A stretch of DNA of 64,000 nt from Thermoplasmata archaeon (GTDB lineage: Archaea; Thermoplasmatota; Thermoplasmata; Thermoplasmatales; ARK-15). The position numbers and the translations under genes were made by a program. Shown in pieces: positions 8,345 to 17,595 of this stretch. The stretch covers positions 2,747 through 66,746 of the forward strand of contig JBMFTB010000002.1 of assembly GCA_049967255.1 (NCBI GenBank). The letters are read 5' to 3'. The number at the start of each line of letters is the position of its first letter. Position 1 is the first letter of the stretch. Under the pieces are notes generated by a model. That model did not search any database. It was not told where the DNA came from and was given only the letters and a program-made list of their open reading frames with translations.

Positions 8345-10108
8345 TTATAGATAGTAATATTCCCCTTTTATTTTTTGTTCTCTATCATTAAAAGAACCGG
8401 GCTTGTTAATCCTTGGTCTTTTGGTATTTTCATCCCTTCTAAACGTTATTCCAACATATTTTAGGAACATGTTCATGCCTTCCCTCATGGAATAAGGGCC
8501 GGATCCTTTTCCTGAAAATCCAGGTTCCCCCTCAAATACCATTAGTGAATCTGATATTAGATCAATGAAATATACATCATGATCAACCACCAATGCCGTT
8601 TTCTTTGTTTTTTCAATAAATCTCCTTATTATTTTTGAAACAGTAATCCTTTTTGCAGAATCCAGATATGCAGAGGGTTCATCTAATAAATACACATCAG
8701 AATCTTTGCCAAGTGAAAGTGCAATTGCAACTATCTGCAATTCACCGCCAGACAGGTCACCGATTTTTGTTTCCTGAACAATTTTTATATTCAATGGTTC
8801 CCATATTTCAGTTTTAAAGAATTGATCAGTAAACCTTTCCTTGAGTTCTTTTTCAAAAAGATCATTTACTGTAATATTTTCATCCATTCTTATGTACTGT
8901 GGCTTATAGCTCACTTTCACATTCCCGTTTACAGATCCAGAATCTGCAGTTTCTATTCCAGCAAGTATTTTCACAAATGTTGTTTTACCCGTTGCATTGG
9001 GACCTACTACGCCTACAACCTCCCCTTTTGATAATTTACCATTCAACACATTCAATGAAAATTGTTCATATTTTTTAAATATGTCAGACCATTGTATAAG
9101 TGGTATCAGGCTTTTATCAATTGCAGGAGGATGTATAAAAAATTGGACCTTCCAGTCCCTTATCCTAACATTTTCTTCTTTAATGAAACCCGTAAGGTAC
9201 GAATTTATTCCATGTCTGGTGGAAAGTGGATTTGAAACAACACCGTACGCACCTTCTGTACCATATAAAATGTGAATTTCATCACTCAGGAAATCAAGTA
9301 TTGCAAGGTCATGTTCTACTACATATACCTGTTTTTTTTCTGCCAGTTCCTTTAAAATTTTTGCGAATTCAAGTCTTTGTTTTATGTCAAGATAGGAAGA
9401 TGGTTCATCAAAAAAGTATATGTTTGCATCCTTCATCATTGATGTTGCTATGGAAAGTGATTGTAACTCACCACCTGAAAGTTGTTTTATTTCCCTATCG
9501 AGCAATTTTTTAAGGTTAAACCTTTCAAGAATCTCATCCTTATTATCGCTATCTATCTTATCAAGTAGAATTCTTACAGGTCCGGAATAAAGTTTTGGAA
9601 TTATATCCACATATTGAGGTTTTGTTGATACCTTTATTTTTCCATTATAAAGGTCCCTGAAATAATCGCCATAAATGGAACCTCGATAGTGATCTATTAC
9701 TTCGTCTTTTTCGACCACTCTATTCCAGTGCCCAAGGTTAGGTATTAAAAATCCAGAAAGTATGTTTATTGCAGTAGATTTACCGAGTCCATTCTGCCCA
9801 AGAATTCCTATAGGCACTCCCTTTTTTATTGTTGGTAGCTTGTAAATTCTAAAGCCGTTTTCACTGTATTGATGGACTATATTGTCCTTTAATTCCTCTG
9901 GTAGGTTAATTATCCTTATGGCCTCATAGGGGCATTTATGTGCACAAATACCACAACCAATGCATAATTCTTCAGAAATTGTTGGAAAACCGGATTCTTG
10001 GAATTCTACAACTTTTTCACCCATCCTCTGTGGAGGGCAATAATATTGACATTCATGGTTGCAATTCTTCGGATGGCACTGGTCTTCTATTATTACAGCT
10101 ATGTGCAT
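8345..10108 (-). CDS. abce1: ABCE1 / RNase L inhibitor homolog (ribosome recycling ATPase)
   Basis: 587 aa. N-terminal 2x[4Fe-4S] domain (CxPKNCNHECQYYCP..CIGCGICAHKCP) followed by two ABC cassettes (GQNGLGKST, LSGGELQ, GPNATGKTT). Confidence 0.95.
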   Translation of the reverse strand: MHIAVIIEDQCHPKNCNHECQYYCPPQRMGEKVVEFQESGFPTISEELCIGCGICAHKCPYEAIRIINLPEELKDNIVHQYSENGFRIYKLPTIKKGVPIGILGQNGLGKSTAINILSGFLIPNLGHWNRVVEKDEVIDHYRGSIYGDYFRDLYNGKIKVSTKPQYVDIIPKLYSGPVRILLDKIDSDNKDEILERFNLKKLLDREIKQLSGGELQSLSIATSMMKDANIYFFDEPSSYLDIKQRLEFAKILKELAEKKQVYVVEHDLAILDFLSDEIHILYGTEGAYGVVSNPLSTRHGINSYLTGFIKEENVRIRDWKVQFFIHPPAIDKSLIPLIQWSDIFKKYEQFSLNVLNGKLSKGEVVGVVGPNATGKTTFVKILAGIETADSGSVNGNVKVSYKPQYIRMDENITVNDLFEKELKERFTDQFFKTEIWEPLNIKIVQETKIGDLSGGELQIVAIALSLGKDSDVYLLDEPSAYLDSAKRITVSKIIRRFIEKTKKTALVVDHDVYFIDLISDSLMVFEGEPGFSGKGSGPYSMREGMNMFLKYVGITFRRDENTKRPRINKPGSFNDREQKIKGEYYYL

Positions 10109-10527
10109 TATTCTCCTTCTCCCCGCGTCCAGTATTCATCCGGTATTTCTTTGTAAATATCACTAATATCCTCTTCCCTCTCCTCTTTCTTCTGCTCCTT
10201 TTGTAATTCTATGATCCTTCTCGTGTTCAGAACCCAATAATGTATTCGCCATTCCCTTCCATCATAAAGGGTTGTTTCTTCCCTTTCAGGCATAAGGATT
10301 CTTACTTCTTCTAGCATATAAAAAAGACCTCTATCATCTGGTTCCAAATAATTATCTATCATCCTTTCTTCGAAGCCAAAAAAATTTAGAATATGCTGGG
10401 CTAGGAGAATTGCTTCATCCATGCTCATCATACTTTCAGTTCTTATGCCATTTCTTATAGCTATGGCTAACATTTCGACAGTAACTATTTGTGGCTCTGG
10501 TGGAGTGATTTCTGTAATAATTGGCAT
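10108..10527 (-). CDS. Hypothetical acidic protein, translationally coupled to abce1
   Basis: 139-aa ORF. Its stop overlaps the abce1 ATG by 1 nt (TAATG). It has a Glu/Asp-rich C-terminus. No family recognised. Confidence 0.6.
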   Translation of the reverse strand: MPIITEITPPEPQIVTVEMLAIAIRNGIRTESMMSMDEAILLAQHILNFFGFEERMIDNYLEPDDRGLFYMLEEVRILMPEREETTLYDGREWRIHYWVLNTRRIIELQKEQKKEEREEDISDIYKEIPDEYWTRGEGE

Positions 10528-10640
10528 TTTCTAACCTCAAAGTGCATCAAATCTTTACGTAATAAAAATATATAAATATTTCCTGAAAATTGATTTCATG
10601 TGTCATGGTATCTTAAATTATGAAAAATTTTATCAGAAAG

Positions 10641-10652
10641 TAAATTATATAG
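10641..10652 (+). promoter_or_regulatory. TATA-like element upstream of tRNA-Glu
   Basis: The sequence taaattatatag ends about 10 nt before the mature tRNA 5' end. It is only plausible as a box A/TATA if the leader is short. Confidence 0.25.
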
Positions 10653-10661
10653 ATGATTACA

Positions 10662-10736
10662 GCTCCCGTGGTGTAGACCGGTCAAGCATAAGGGACTCTC
10701 AATCCCTCGACACGGGTTCAAATCCCGTCGGGAGCA
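10662..10736 (+). tRNA. tRNA-Glu (anticodon CUC)
   Basis: Hand-folded cloverleaf. Acceptor GCUCCCG/CGGGAGC, D stem GUGU/GCAU, anticodon stem AGGGA/UCCCU with loop CUCUCAA, T arm ACGGG-UUCAAAU-CCCGU, discriminator A. No intron and no encoded CCA. Confidence 0.9.
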
Positions 10737-11024
10737 TACTTTTTTGGTAAGTAAATAAAAAATTACCTGACCTGAAAAAGCCGCCACTGTCATTTTATCC
10801 TGAGAATTGATTGATTTACAGTATTTTATAATAGCTTCCTCTGCCTGTTCCAATTTGTTACCAAACATTGAAACCATGTTATCAAGGAGTATAAAATGCT
10901 TAGAACCTTTTTGAGCACTCTGCTGTCTACCTTCCGGTGGAATTATCTGAACTTTTGTAACGATTGCGAATAATGTGTTTGAAAATACCACTCCTCTACC
11001 TAATCCTACCATAAGACCGGGCAA
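10737..11024 (-). pseudogene. Truncated von Willebrand factor A (vWA)-like N-terminal fragment
   Basis: HFILLDNMVSMFGNKLEQAEEAIIKYCKSINSQDKMTVAAFSG resembles the first vWA beta-alpha-beta unit, but the MIDAS DxSxS is degenerate (DNMVS). vWA-like similarity ends at the tRNA-Glu 3' end. The rest of track ORF 10596-11024 is read-through across the tRNA. Confidence 0.4.
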
Positions 11025-11122
11025 TTAAAACATCCCATTTGATAATATAAAAAATCTATATAAAAATATTTCCATTTTTTTCTTTATACCTACCACTTTT
11101 ATTATCTTTAAATAAATTAAAT

Positions 11123-12616
11123 TTAATGAATCCAATTTTTTGATCTTTTTACAGCCTCTTTCCATAAATTATAGGAAATTTCCATTTCACTTTCAGAATT
11201 TTTTGGTTGGAATATTTCATCAATTGAATAATATTTCCATAAATCTGAAGAGAAATAATCTATCGCAAGGCCAGCAGAGAATGCTGCGCCAAGGGAAGTT
11301 GTTTCAGAAATTCCTGAACGTAGGACATTTATACCAATAATATTTGATTGTATTTGCATTAAATAATTATTTTTTGATGCTCCACCATCCACTCTTAATT
11401 CAGTGATTTTTTTATTCAAATCTTTTTCCATTGACTCCAGAACATCCCTTGTTTGGAACCCAATACTTTCTATAGCAGCATGAACAATATGTTCTTTTTT
11501 AGTAAATGATGTTAATCCAATAATAAGGCCCCTAGCGCTCATATCCCAGTATGGTGCATAAAGTCCGCTAAAAGATGGCACAAAATAAACACCATTTGAA
11601 CTTCCAGCTGAAATTGCAATTTTTTCACTTTCATTAACATCTTTAAGAATTCCCATATTGTTTTTTAACCAGTCAATAATCGAACCTGTATAAGCAATAG
11701 ATCCTTCAAGTGCATAAGAAATATTTTTTTCATCACCAAAAGCTACTGTTGTTATAAGTCCATGTTTTGAATATTTTATTTCTCTCCCTGTGTTTAAAAG
11801 AATGAACGATCCTGTACCATATGTATTTTTGATCATACCTTCCTCATAACATGCTTGGCCTAAGAGTGATGCCTGCTGATCTCCCAATATACCAGAAACA
11901 GGAATATTTTCCATAAATGGGCCATTCTCCTTACTAAATCCAAAAAACCCTCTGTTGGATGATGGATAAATATCGGGCAGAATATTTTTATTAATTCCAA
12001 ATAAATTTAATAAGTCATCATCCCATTTTAATTTTTTTAAATTCATTAACATTGTTCTAGATGCATTTGTAAAATCTGTGGCAAATACACCTCCTGTAAG
12101 ATTCCATAATATCCAGGAATCCACTGTTCCAACATAAGCCTCATTTTTTTTAATACCATCGTTGAACTTATTTATATTATTCGAAAGCCATTTTATTTTA
12201 GGAGCTGAAAAGTATGTATTTATTGACAAACCACTTTTATTTTTAATTAAGTCAGTATAATTTTCTTTAATTAGATCGTTGCATATTCCTATTGTTCTTG
12301 TATCCTGCCAAGAGATAACATTATAGTATGGTATGCCCGTATTTTTATTCCAGGCAACTATGGATTCTCTCTGATTTGTAATTCCTATTGCTGTTATGTC
12401 TCCCTTTTCTACCTTTGCTTTTTTAATTGCATCCTTTACAACAATTTTAACATTTTCGACAAGTTCCATTGGATCCTGTTCCACCCATCCTGGATGTGGA
12501 TATATTAAATTATTTTTAATATAACTTTTAGAAACTATTTTTGCATTTTTATCAAAAATTATGCATTTTGTACCTGTTGTACCCACATCTATTGCGGCAA
12601 TGTAATCTTTTCCCAT
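11123..12616 (-). CDS. glpK: Glycerol kinase
   Basis: DYIAAIDVGTTGTK is the FGGY N-terminal motif, GWVEQDP is also present, and a C-terminal FGGY domain follows. The start is moved to MGKDY (cat at 12614-12616); the 13-aa upstream extension looks spurious. Confidence 0.9.
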   Translation of the reverse strand: MGKDYIAAIDVGTTGTKCIIFDKNAKIVSKSYIKNNLIYPHPGWVEQDPMELVENVKIVVKDAIKKAKVEKGDITAIGITNQRESIVAWNKNTGIPYYNVISWQDTRTIGICNDLIKENYTDLIKNKSGLSINTYFSAPKIKWLSNNINKFNDGIKKNEAYVGTVDSWILWNLTGGVFATDFTNASRTMLMNLKKLKWDDDLLNLFGINKNILPDIYPSSNRGFFGFSKENGPFMENIPVSGILGDQQASLLGQACYEEGMIKNTYGTGSFILLNTGREIKYSKHGLITTVAFGDEKNISYALEGSIAYTGSIIDWLKNNMGILKDVNESEKIAISAGSSNGVYFVPSFSGLYAPYWDMSARGLIIGLTSFTKKEHIVHAAIESIGFQTRDVLESMEKDLNKKITELRVDGGASKNNYLMQIQSNIIGINVLRSGISETTSLGAAFSAGLAIDYFSSDLWKYYSIDEIFQPKNSESEMEISYNLWKEAVKRSKNWIH

Positions 12617-12688
12617 GAATTTAATATTGTAAAACATGATAATAAATTTGCTCAAAACATTTATTTTCAGAATAATATTACACTAACT

Positions 12689-13393
12689 ATGGAAATTGTT
12701 GGACATAGAGGATTACCAATATCACACGTGGAAAATACAATTGGATCGTTTGAAGATGCTTTTAAAAACGGTGCAAATGCAATTGAACTTGATGTACATC
12801 TTTCAGAAGACCATGTTCCAGTTGTTTTTCACGATTTCGATCTGAACAGGCTTGCACATATCCCTTCAAGGATCTATGAACTTTCTCTTTCAGAAATTAA
12901 AAATGTATCTTTAGGAGAAAAACAAGATAGGATCCCCACCCTTGATGAAGTGATTAATAAATTCTATAACAAAAAAATATACATTGAATTAAAAACAATA
13001 GATGATAATGGTAAAAGGTACAATGAATCCCTGTCTGAAATACTTTTTAAAAAATATGGTAAATCATATAATCTTGTTTTTATTTCATTTGACCCAAAAT
13101 CATTGGAAGAATTAAGATCCTATTCTAACGAAATTCCCCTAGGTCTGGACTTTGAAGAAAACTCAGAAAAAATTTTACCATTGAATTTTTTAAAAAAATT
13201 TATGTTAAATAATAATATTGAATATTTTATCCCAGATATAAAATCATTTTCAAGGTACATTGGAATTCTGGATAATGAATTTAAGAATGTCCCTTGGGTT
13301 GTAAACGATATAAGCATTGTTAAAGAACATCTAAATAATATTTCGGGTGTTATTACCGATAGGTGCGATATTATTTCTAAACAGATTAAATAA
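12689..13393 (+). CDS. Glycerophosphodiester phosphodiesterase (GDPD family)
   Basis: The segment MEIVGHRGLP..ENTIGSFEDAFKNGANAIELDVHLSEDHVPVVFHD carries the GDPD catalytic motifs. The gene is divergent from glpK. Confidence 0.85.
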   Translation: MEIVGHRGLPISHVENTIGSFEDAFKNGANAIELDVHLSEDHVPVVFHDFDLNRLAHIPSRIYELSLSEIKNVSLGEKQDRIPTLDEVINKFYNKKIYIELKTIDDNGKRYNESLSEILFKKYGKSYNLVFISFDPKSLEELRSYSNEIPLGLDFEENSEKILPLNFLKKFMLNNNIEYFIPDIKSFSRYIGILDNEFKNVPWVVNDISIVKEHLNNISGVITDRCDIISKQIK

Positions 13394-13394
13394 A

Positions 13395-14075
13395 CTATTT
13401 GCTAACGGTATAAACTACATTAAGTATCAGTTCCGAAATATCTCTATCCGTGTCAAGAAGGTCATCCAACTTGTGAATGATTTCTACCAGATGTATAAAA
13501 ACGAGATAATGCAATGAACCAGATTCTGAATAAACAGTATCAAGAAGGTTATCTTTAATATCATCTATACCTTCTTCATAGTTTATTATTTCGGACCAAG
13601 ATTTAATTATTTCCTCCTCAGAATTTGCATTAAGCATTAAGTCAATAGCATCCAAAGCCTTTAAATGCACATTTATTATCTCAACAAACTTTTTATAAAA
13701 ATTGCAAATAACCTTTTCACTTCCATTCCTATCTTTCTGAAGGAAGAGATGAAATCTTGCTATTTCCCTGCTAATAAAATAGAGAAGATCAAGGATATTG
13801 TCAAATTTTTCAATCAGATTAAGAAATGTATCCAGAAATGTTGGGCTAATTGCTCCTTCAAGAATATTGCTTTTAAGGTCAAACGTTATATTATCACCCT
13901 CCTTCTCATAATTTTTTACCTTTTCTTTTAAATTTGTGAAATTTTCACCATTGCATAGAAACATCTCTGAAGTAACTTTTGAAGCATCTTTTTCAAGACC
14001 AATGTAACCAGTAAGTGATTCAAAAACCTTCCTTTCACCTATGATGAACATAGATTTGAATGTCCTAATTTTCAT
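13395..14075 (-). CDS. DUF47/PhoU-like helical protein (putative phosphate-transport regulator family)
   Basis: 226 aa, all-helical composition, with an EKEGDNI..(L)..FLD pattern resembling TIGR00153/DUF47. Assignment is tentative. Confidence 0.45.
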   Translation of the reverse strand: MKIRTFKSMFIIGERKVFESLTGYIGLEKDASKVTSEMFLCNGENFTNLKEKVKNYEKEGDNITFDLKSNILEGAISPTFLDTFLNLIEKFDNILDLLYFISREIARFHLFLQKDRNGSEKVICNFYKKFVEIINVHLKALDAIDLMLNANSEEEIIKSWSEIINYEEGIDDIKDNLLDTVYSESGSLHYLVFIHLVEIIHKLDDLLDTDRDISELILNVVYTVSK

Positions 14076-14176
14076 AAATATTCAAAATATAAATGATATA
14101 ATGATAATAAATTTTTCCATTTCTTTTTTTATTAAACTAAAAAAAATTAAATGCTCATTACTTATTAGGATAGTTA

Positions 14177-15145
14177 ATGAGAATTGGATTAACAACCACA
14201 GTTCCCATAGAACCCATATTGGCAGGTGACCATATACCAAAGGATCTAAACAATATTTTTATTACATCTGACAATCCAGAAAAATATGTAGTTGAAGCTG
14301 AAATTGACGGTTTTCCATATAATACCTGTTCCTGGATCAAGGGTTTATATTCTGTGGCTATAAGCGAAAAAATGGATGCAGTAATAGGTGTTGTAAGAGG
14401 CGATTGCAGCAACACAGAATCACTTCTTGACTTCCTCGAATTTAAAGGCATTCAAGTAATACCATTCTCATTTCCATATGATAGAAAAAGGTCAAAGCTT
14501 GAGGATGAAATAAAAAATATGATGGAAATTTTAGGATCTGAGAAAAATAAATTAAAGGATGTAATAAAAAATGTACAGAGGGCTAGGGAACTTGCGTGGA
14601 AGGTAGATGAACTAACAGTTGAAGACAAAGTAACAGGTCTTGAGAACCATTATTTCCTTGTTAATACTAGTGATTTTTTAGGAGATTTAAAAAAGTACAT
14701 TTCAGAAATAAAAAATTTCATAAATGCTTCTAGGAACAGAAAAAGAATTGATTATAATCTAAGAATAGGATACATTGGTGTTCCACCAATATTCACAGAC
14801 ATTTATCAATTTTTGGCTGAAAATAGTGTGCACGTTGTTTTCAACGAAGTGCAGAGACAATTTTCCATGCCATTCCCTGATTCTGACTGGATTGAAAAAT
14901 ACTTGAAATATACATATCCATATTCTGTCAAGGAAAGAATAATAGATATAAATAATGAGATCAAGAAAAGAAAAATTGATGGAATTATACATTATGTACA
15001 GAGTTTTTGTCATAGGCAAATAATTGATTACATTATAAAGGACAGCATTGATGTTCCCGTATTGACAATTGAGGGTAACAGGCCAGGAAAACTTGATGAA
15101 AGGACAAAAATAAGGATTGAGAGCTTTATCGATATGCTTCTTTAA
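14177..15145 (+). CDS. 2-hydroxyacyl-CoA dehydratase / benzoyl-CoA reductase subunit-like protein (HgdB/BcrC/BadD family)
   Basis: 322 aa. The pattern is typical of the HGD-D family: N-terminal IGLTTTVPIE, conserved Cys positions (NTCSW, RGDCSN, SFCH) and a C-terminal LTIEGN..D.R...RIESFIDM. Confidence 0.65.
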   Translation: MRIGLTTTVPIEPILAGDHIPKDLNNIFITSDNPEKYVVEAEIDGFPYNTCSWIKGLYSVAISEKMDAVIGVVRGDCSNTESLLDFLEFKGIQVIPFSFPYDRKRSKLEDEIKNMMEILGSEKNKLKDVIKNVQRARELAWKVDELTVEDKVTGLENHYFLVNTSDFLGDLKKYISEIKNFINASRNRKRIDYNLRIGYIGVPPIFTDIYQFLAENSVHVVFNEVQRQFSMPFPDSDWIEKYLKYTYPYSVKERIIDINNEIKKRKIDGIIHYVQSFCHRQIIDYIIKDSIDVPVLTIEGNRPGKLDERTKIRIESFIDMLL

Positions 15146-15728
15146 GAATCCTATATTGATCCATGCCCAATCTTAAGGCCTTCATGTTTGATTCCCATGT
15201 AAACGCTGGAAAGATCGATTTTATTGCATTTTCTATGTCTTCCTCATCCACGGGTAAAATGTCTGTTGCAATCGCTGCACCTATCATAACCATGTTAACT
15301 GATTGATAATTGCCTGCTTCTTTAGCCAGTGAAACAGCATCAATGCCTATGACATTTTTAATGGCCAGATCTTTTATAACGCTTTCAACATCAGGATATT
15401 TTCCCTCACCAAAGCTTACAGTAAACGGTATTATTTTTTCAGTATTCATGATTACAGTTGTATTTTTTCCAGCCTTGCCGAGGGCCCTGATTGTTTCTAG
15501 TGCTTCAAATCCCATTAGCAAGTCAACTTTTCCCTGAGGCACAATAGGGCCATAAGCATTTCCAATTCTTAAGTCAACGGAAACAATACCACCCCTTTGC
15601 GCCATACCATGGATCTCTGACATGACCGTATTAATGTTTCTTTTTGTTGTTGCGGTACCAATGATCATTCCCGCAGAAACAACACCCTGGCCACCAACAC
15701 CAACAATCGTTACGTTTATTGTTTTCAT
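15126..15728 (-). CDS. iorB: Indolepyruvate:ferredoxin oxidoreductase, beta subunit
   Basis: N-terminal NVTIVGVGGQGVVSAG, about 200 aa, immediately downstream of iorA with a 4-nt overlap. Confidence 0.8.
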   Translation of the reverse strand: MKTINVTIVGVGGQGVVSAGMIIGTATTKRNINTVMSEIHGMAQRGGIVSVDLRIGNAYGPIVPQGKVDLLMGFEALETIRALGKAGKNTTVIMNTEKIIPFTVSFGEGKYPDVESVIKDLAIKNVIGIDAVSLAKEAGNYQSVNMVMIGAAIATDILPVDEEDIENAIKSIFPAFTWESNMKALRLGMDQYRILKEAYR

Positions 15729-17593
15729 GGTTCATCCCTCTCTATCGCATGAAAGCCACAAACCTGAGTCTGGGAACAGACACCGCAGCCATCACACAAT
15801 ACTGGATCAATGAGGACAGCACCATCCTTGCCAATGTAAAATGCGGGGCAGGAGAAGTTTAATAAACAGTTCATGCATTTAGTACATTTTTCCTGGTTGA
15901 TGTGGTACCTTACCCATTTCCTATTTTTTATCATTTCTGCATCTCTTAACAATGCACATTCCCTTTTTGAAATGACAACAGCCATACCATCAAAGTTCAC
16001 AGCCTCCCTTATGGCTATAATTGTGCTCTTTAAATCATATGGATCAACAGTTTTTACGTACTTGACGCCTATTGCCTTAACAATTTCCTCAATGGAAATT
16101 TCAGGTGCTGGTTCCATCATTCCATTTATTGGTAGACCAGGGTTTGACTGGTGACCAGTCATAGCTGTTGTTCTGTTGTCAAGAATTATCAGCACAAACT
16201 TATGATTGTTATGAACAGCGTTTATCAACCCTGGAATTCCAGCATGGAAGAACGTTGAATCCCCCACAAATGAAATAACTTTCTGGTCAGTTACTTCTGA
16301 AAATCCACAACCTGTGCCAATTGATGATCCCATACATAGGAGATAATCTGCCTCTTCATATGGCTTCTGGATACCAAGCGTATAACAGCCTATGTCATTC
16401 GGGAATATGGGATCTTTAAGCCTTAGTTGTTTTGAGACTAGTTTTACAGCATAAAAGGTAGCCCTGTGCGGACAGCCTGGGCAAAGAACCGGATACCTGG
16501 GTGGCAGATCCAAATTAGCATGTGTCTTTTCTTCTTTTACATCAAGATTAAAAATTTTGGAAAAAACATTAACAATCCTGTCAGGATTGAATTCATAGCT
16601 CCAAGGAACAATATTATCAAGCTTGCCATGGATTTTCACATTTATATTGTTCATCTGTGCAATTATCCTTACCTTGCTCTCTATAAACGGGTCAAGCTCT
16701 TCTATAACAACAATTTCCCTGTGCTTTTTCAAAAATTCTATAATCTTCTTTTCGGGCATAGGATTTGAAAAACCAAGCTTAAGAACATCGATCTTTAAAT
16801 TAAGCATATTTGTTGCATCCATTGCAGAGTTATATGCTGCGCCGGCTGTGATTATACCATATTCACTTCCATTATCGTAGATGACGTTTAAATGTGAATT
16901 TTCGGAAAATTCCTTTAGTTTTTCAAATCTTTCAAGCACTCTGCTCTTTGCAACATAAGCATTTGCAGGAACAAGAACCAATTTACCCTGATCCCTGATA
17001 AAATGCGATTTATTTTTAATCTCTTTCCTTTTTCCAAATGTAACAGGAGCTCTCTGGTGGCTTACCCTTGTTGTTGTCCTGAAAAGAACCGCCGATCCTG
17101 TTTTTTCTGAAAGATCGAATGCATAAACAAGGAAATCCTTTGCCTCCTGTGGATTGGATGGTTCTATAAGGGGTAAGAATGCAAATTCAGCATAATGCCT
17201 GTTATCCTGTTCGTTCTGAGAAGAAAACATCGATGGATCATCACCTGTCATTATAACGAGACCAGCCCTTGTACCGGAATATCCAATGCTCATAAGAGCG
17301 TCTGAAGCAACGTTGAGGCCAACGTGCTTCATAAATGTAAATGCCCTGATTCCTGAAACAGCTGCCGATGCGACAACCTCAAGTGCAACTATTTCATTCG
17401 TTGAATATTCAAAATATATGCCTGCCTTTTTTGCAATTCTTGATAGAACATCGCCCACCTCACTTGAGGGTGTTCCGGGGTATGTTGCAGTAACACCTAC
17501 TCCCGCTTCAATAGCACCCCTAACGATAGCTTCATTGCCAAGAAGGAAATGTTTTTCATTATCATCATTAAGGAGCTCATCGTAACCACTCAT
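15725..17593 (-). CDS. iorA: Indolepyruvate:ferredoxin oxidoreductase, alpha subunit
   Basis: N-terminal LLGNEAIVRGAIEAGV, TPP-binding GDSTFFHAG, and C-terminal ferredoxin-like CTKCMNC..CPA..CDGCGVC. The start is moved to MSGYD (cat at 17591-17593), directly after the porB stop. Confidence 0.85.
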   Translation of the reverse strand: MSGYDELLNDDNEKHFLLGNEAIVRGAIEAGVGVTATYPGTPSSEVGDVLSRIAKKAGIYFEYSTNEIVALEVVASAAVSGIRAFTFMKHVGLNVASDALMSIGYSGTRAGLVIMTGDDPSMFSSQNEQDNRHYAEFAFLPLIEPSNPQEAKDFLVYAFDLSEKTGSAVLFRTTTRVSHQRAPVTFGKRKEIKNKSHFIRDQGKLVLVPANAYVAKSRVLERFEKLKEFSENSHLNVIYDNGSEYGIITAGAAYNSAMDATNMLNLKIDVLKLGFSNPMPEKKIIEFLKKHREIVVIEELDPFIESKVRIIAQMNNINVKIHGKLDNIVPWSYEFNPDRIVNVFSKIFNLDVKEEKTHANLDLPPRYPVLCPGCPHRATFYAVKLVSKQLRLKDPIFPNDIGCYTLGIQKPYEEADYLLCMGSSIGTGCGFSEVTDQKVISFVGDSTFFHAGIPGLINAVHNNHKFVLIILDNRTTAMTGHQSNPGLPINGMMEPAPEISIEEIVKAIGVKYVKTVDPYDLKSTIIAIREAVNFDGMAVVISKRECALLRDAEMIKNRKWVRYHINQEKCTKCMNCLLNFSCPAFYIGKDGAVLIDPVLCDGCGVCSQTQVCGFHAIERDEP

Positions 17594-17595
17594 TT

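Noticed and set aside
10596-10736. 3' part of track ORF 10596-11024 as real coding sequence
   Set aside because: It runs antisense across a well-folding tRNA-Glu gene. The translated segment (..VCSRRDLNPCRGIESPLCLTGLHHGS..) is simply the tRNA complement.
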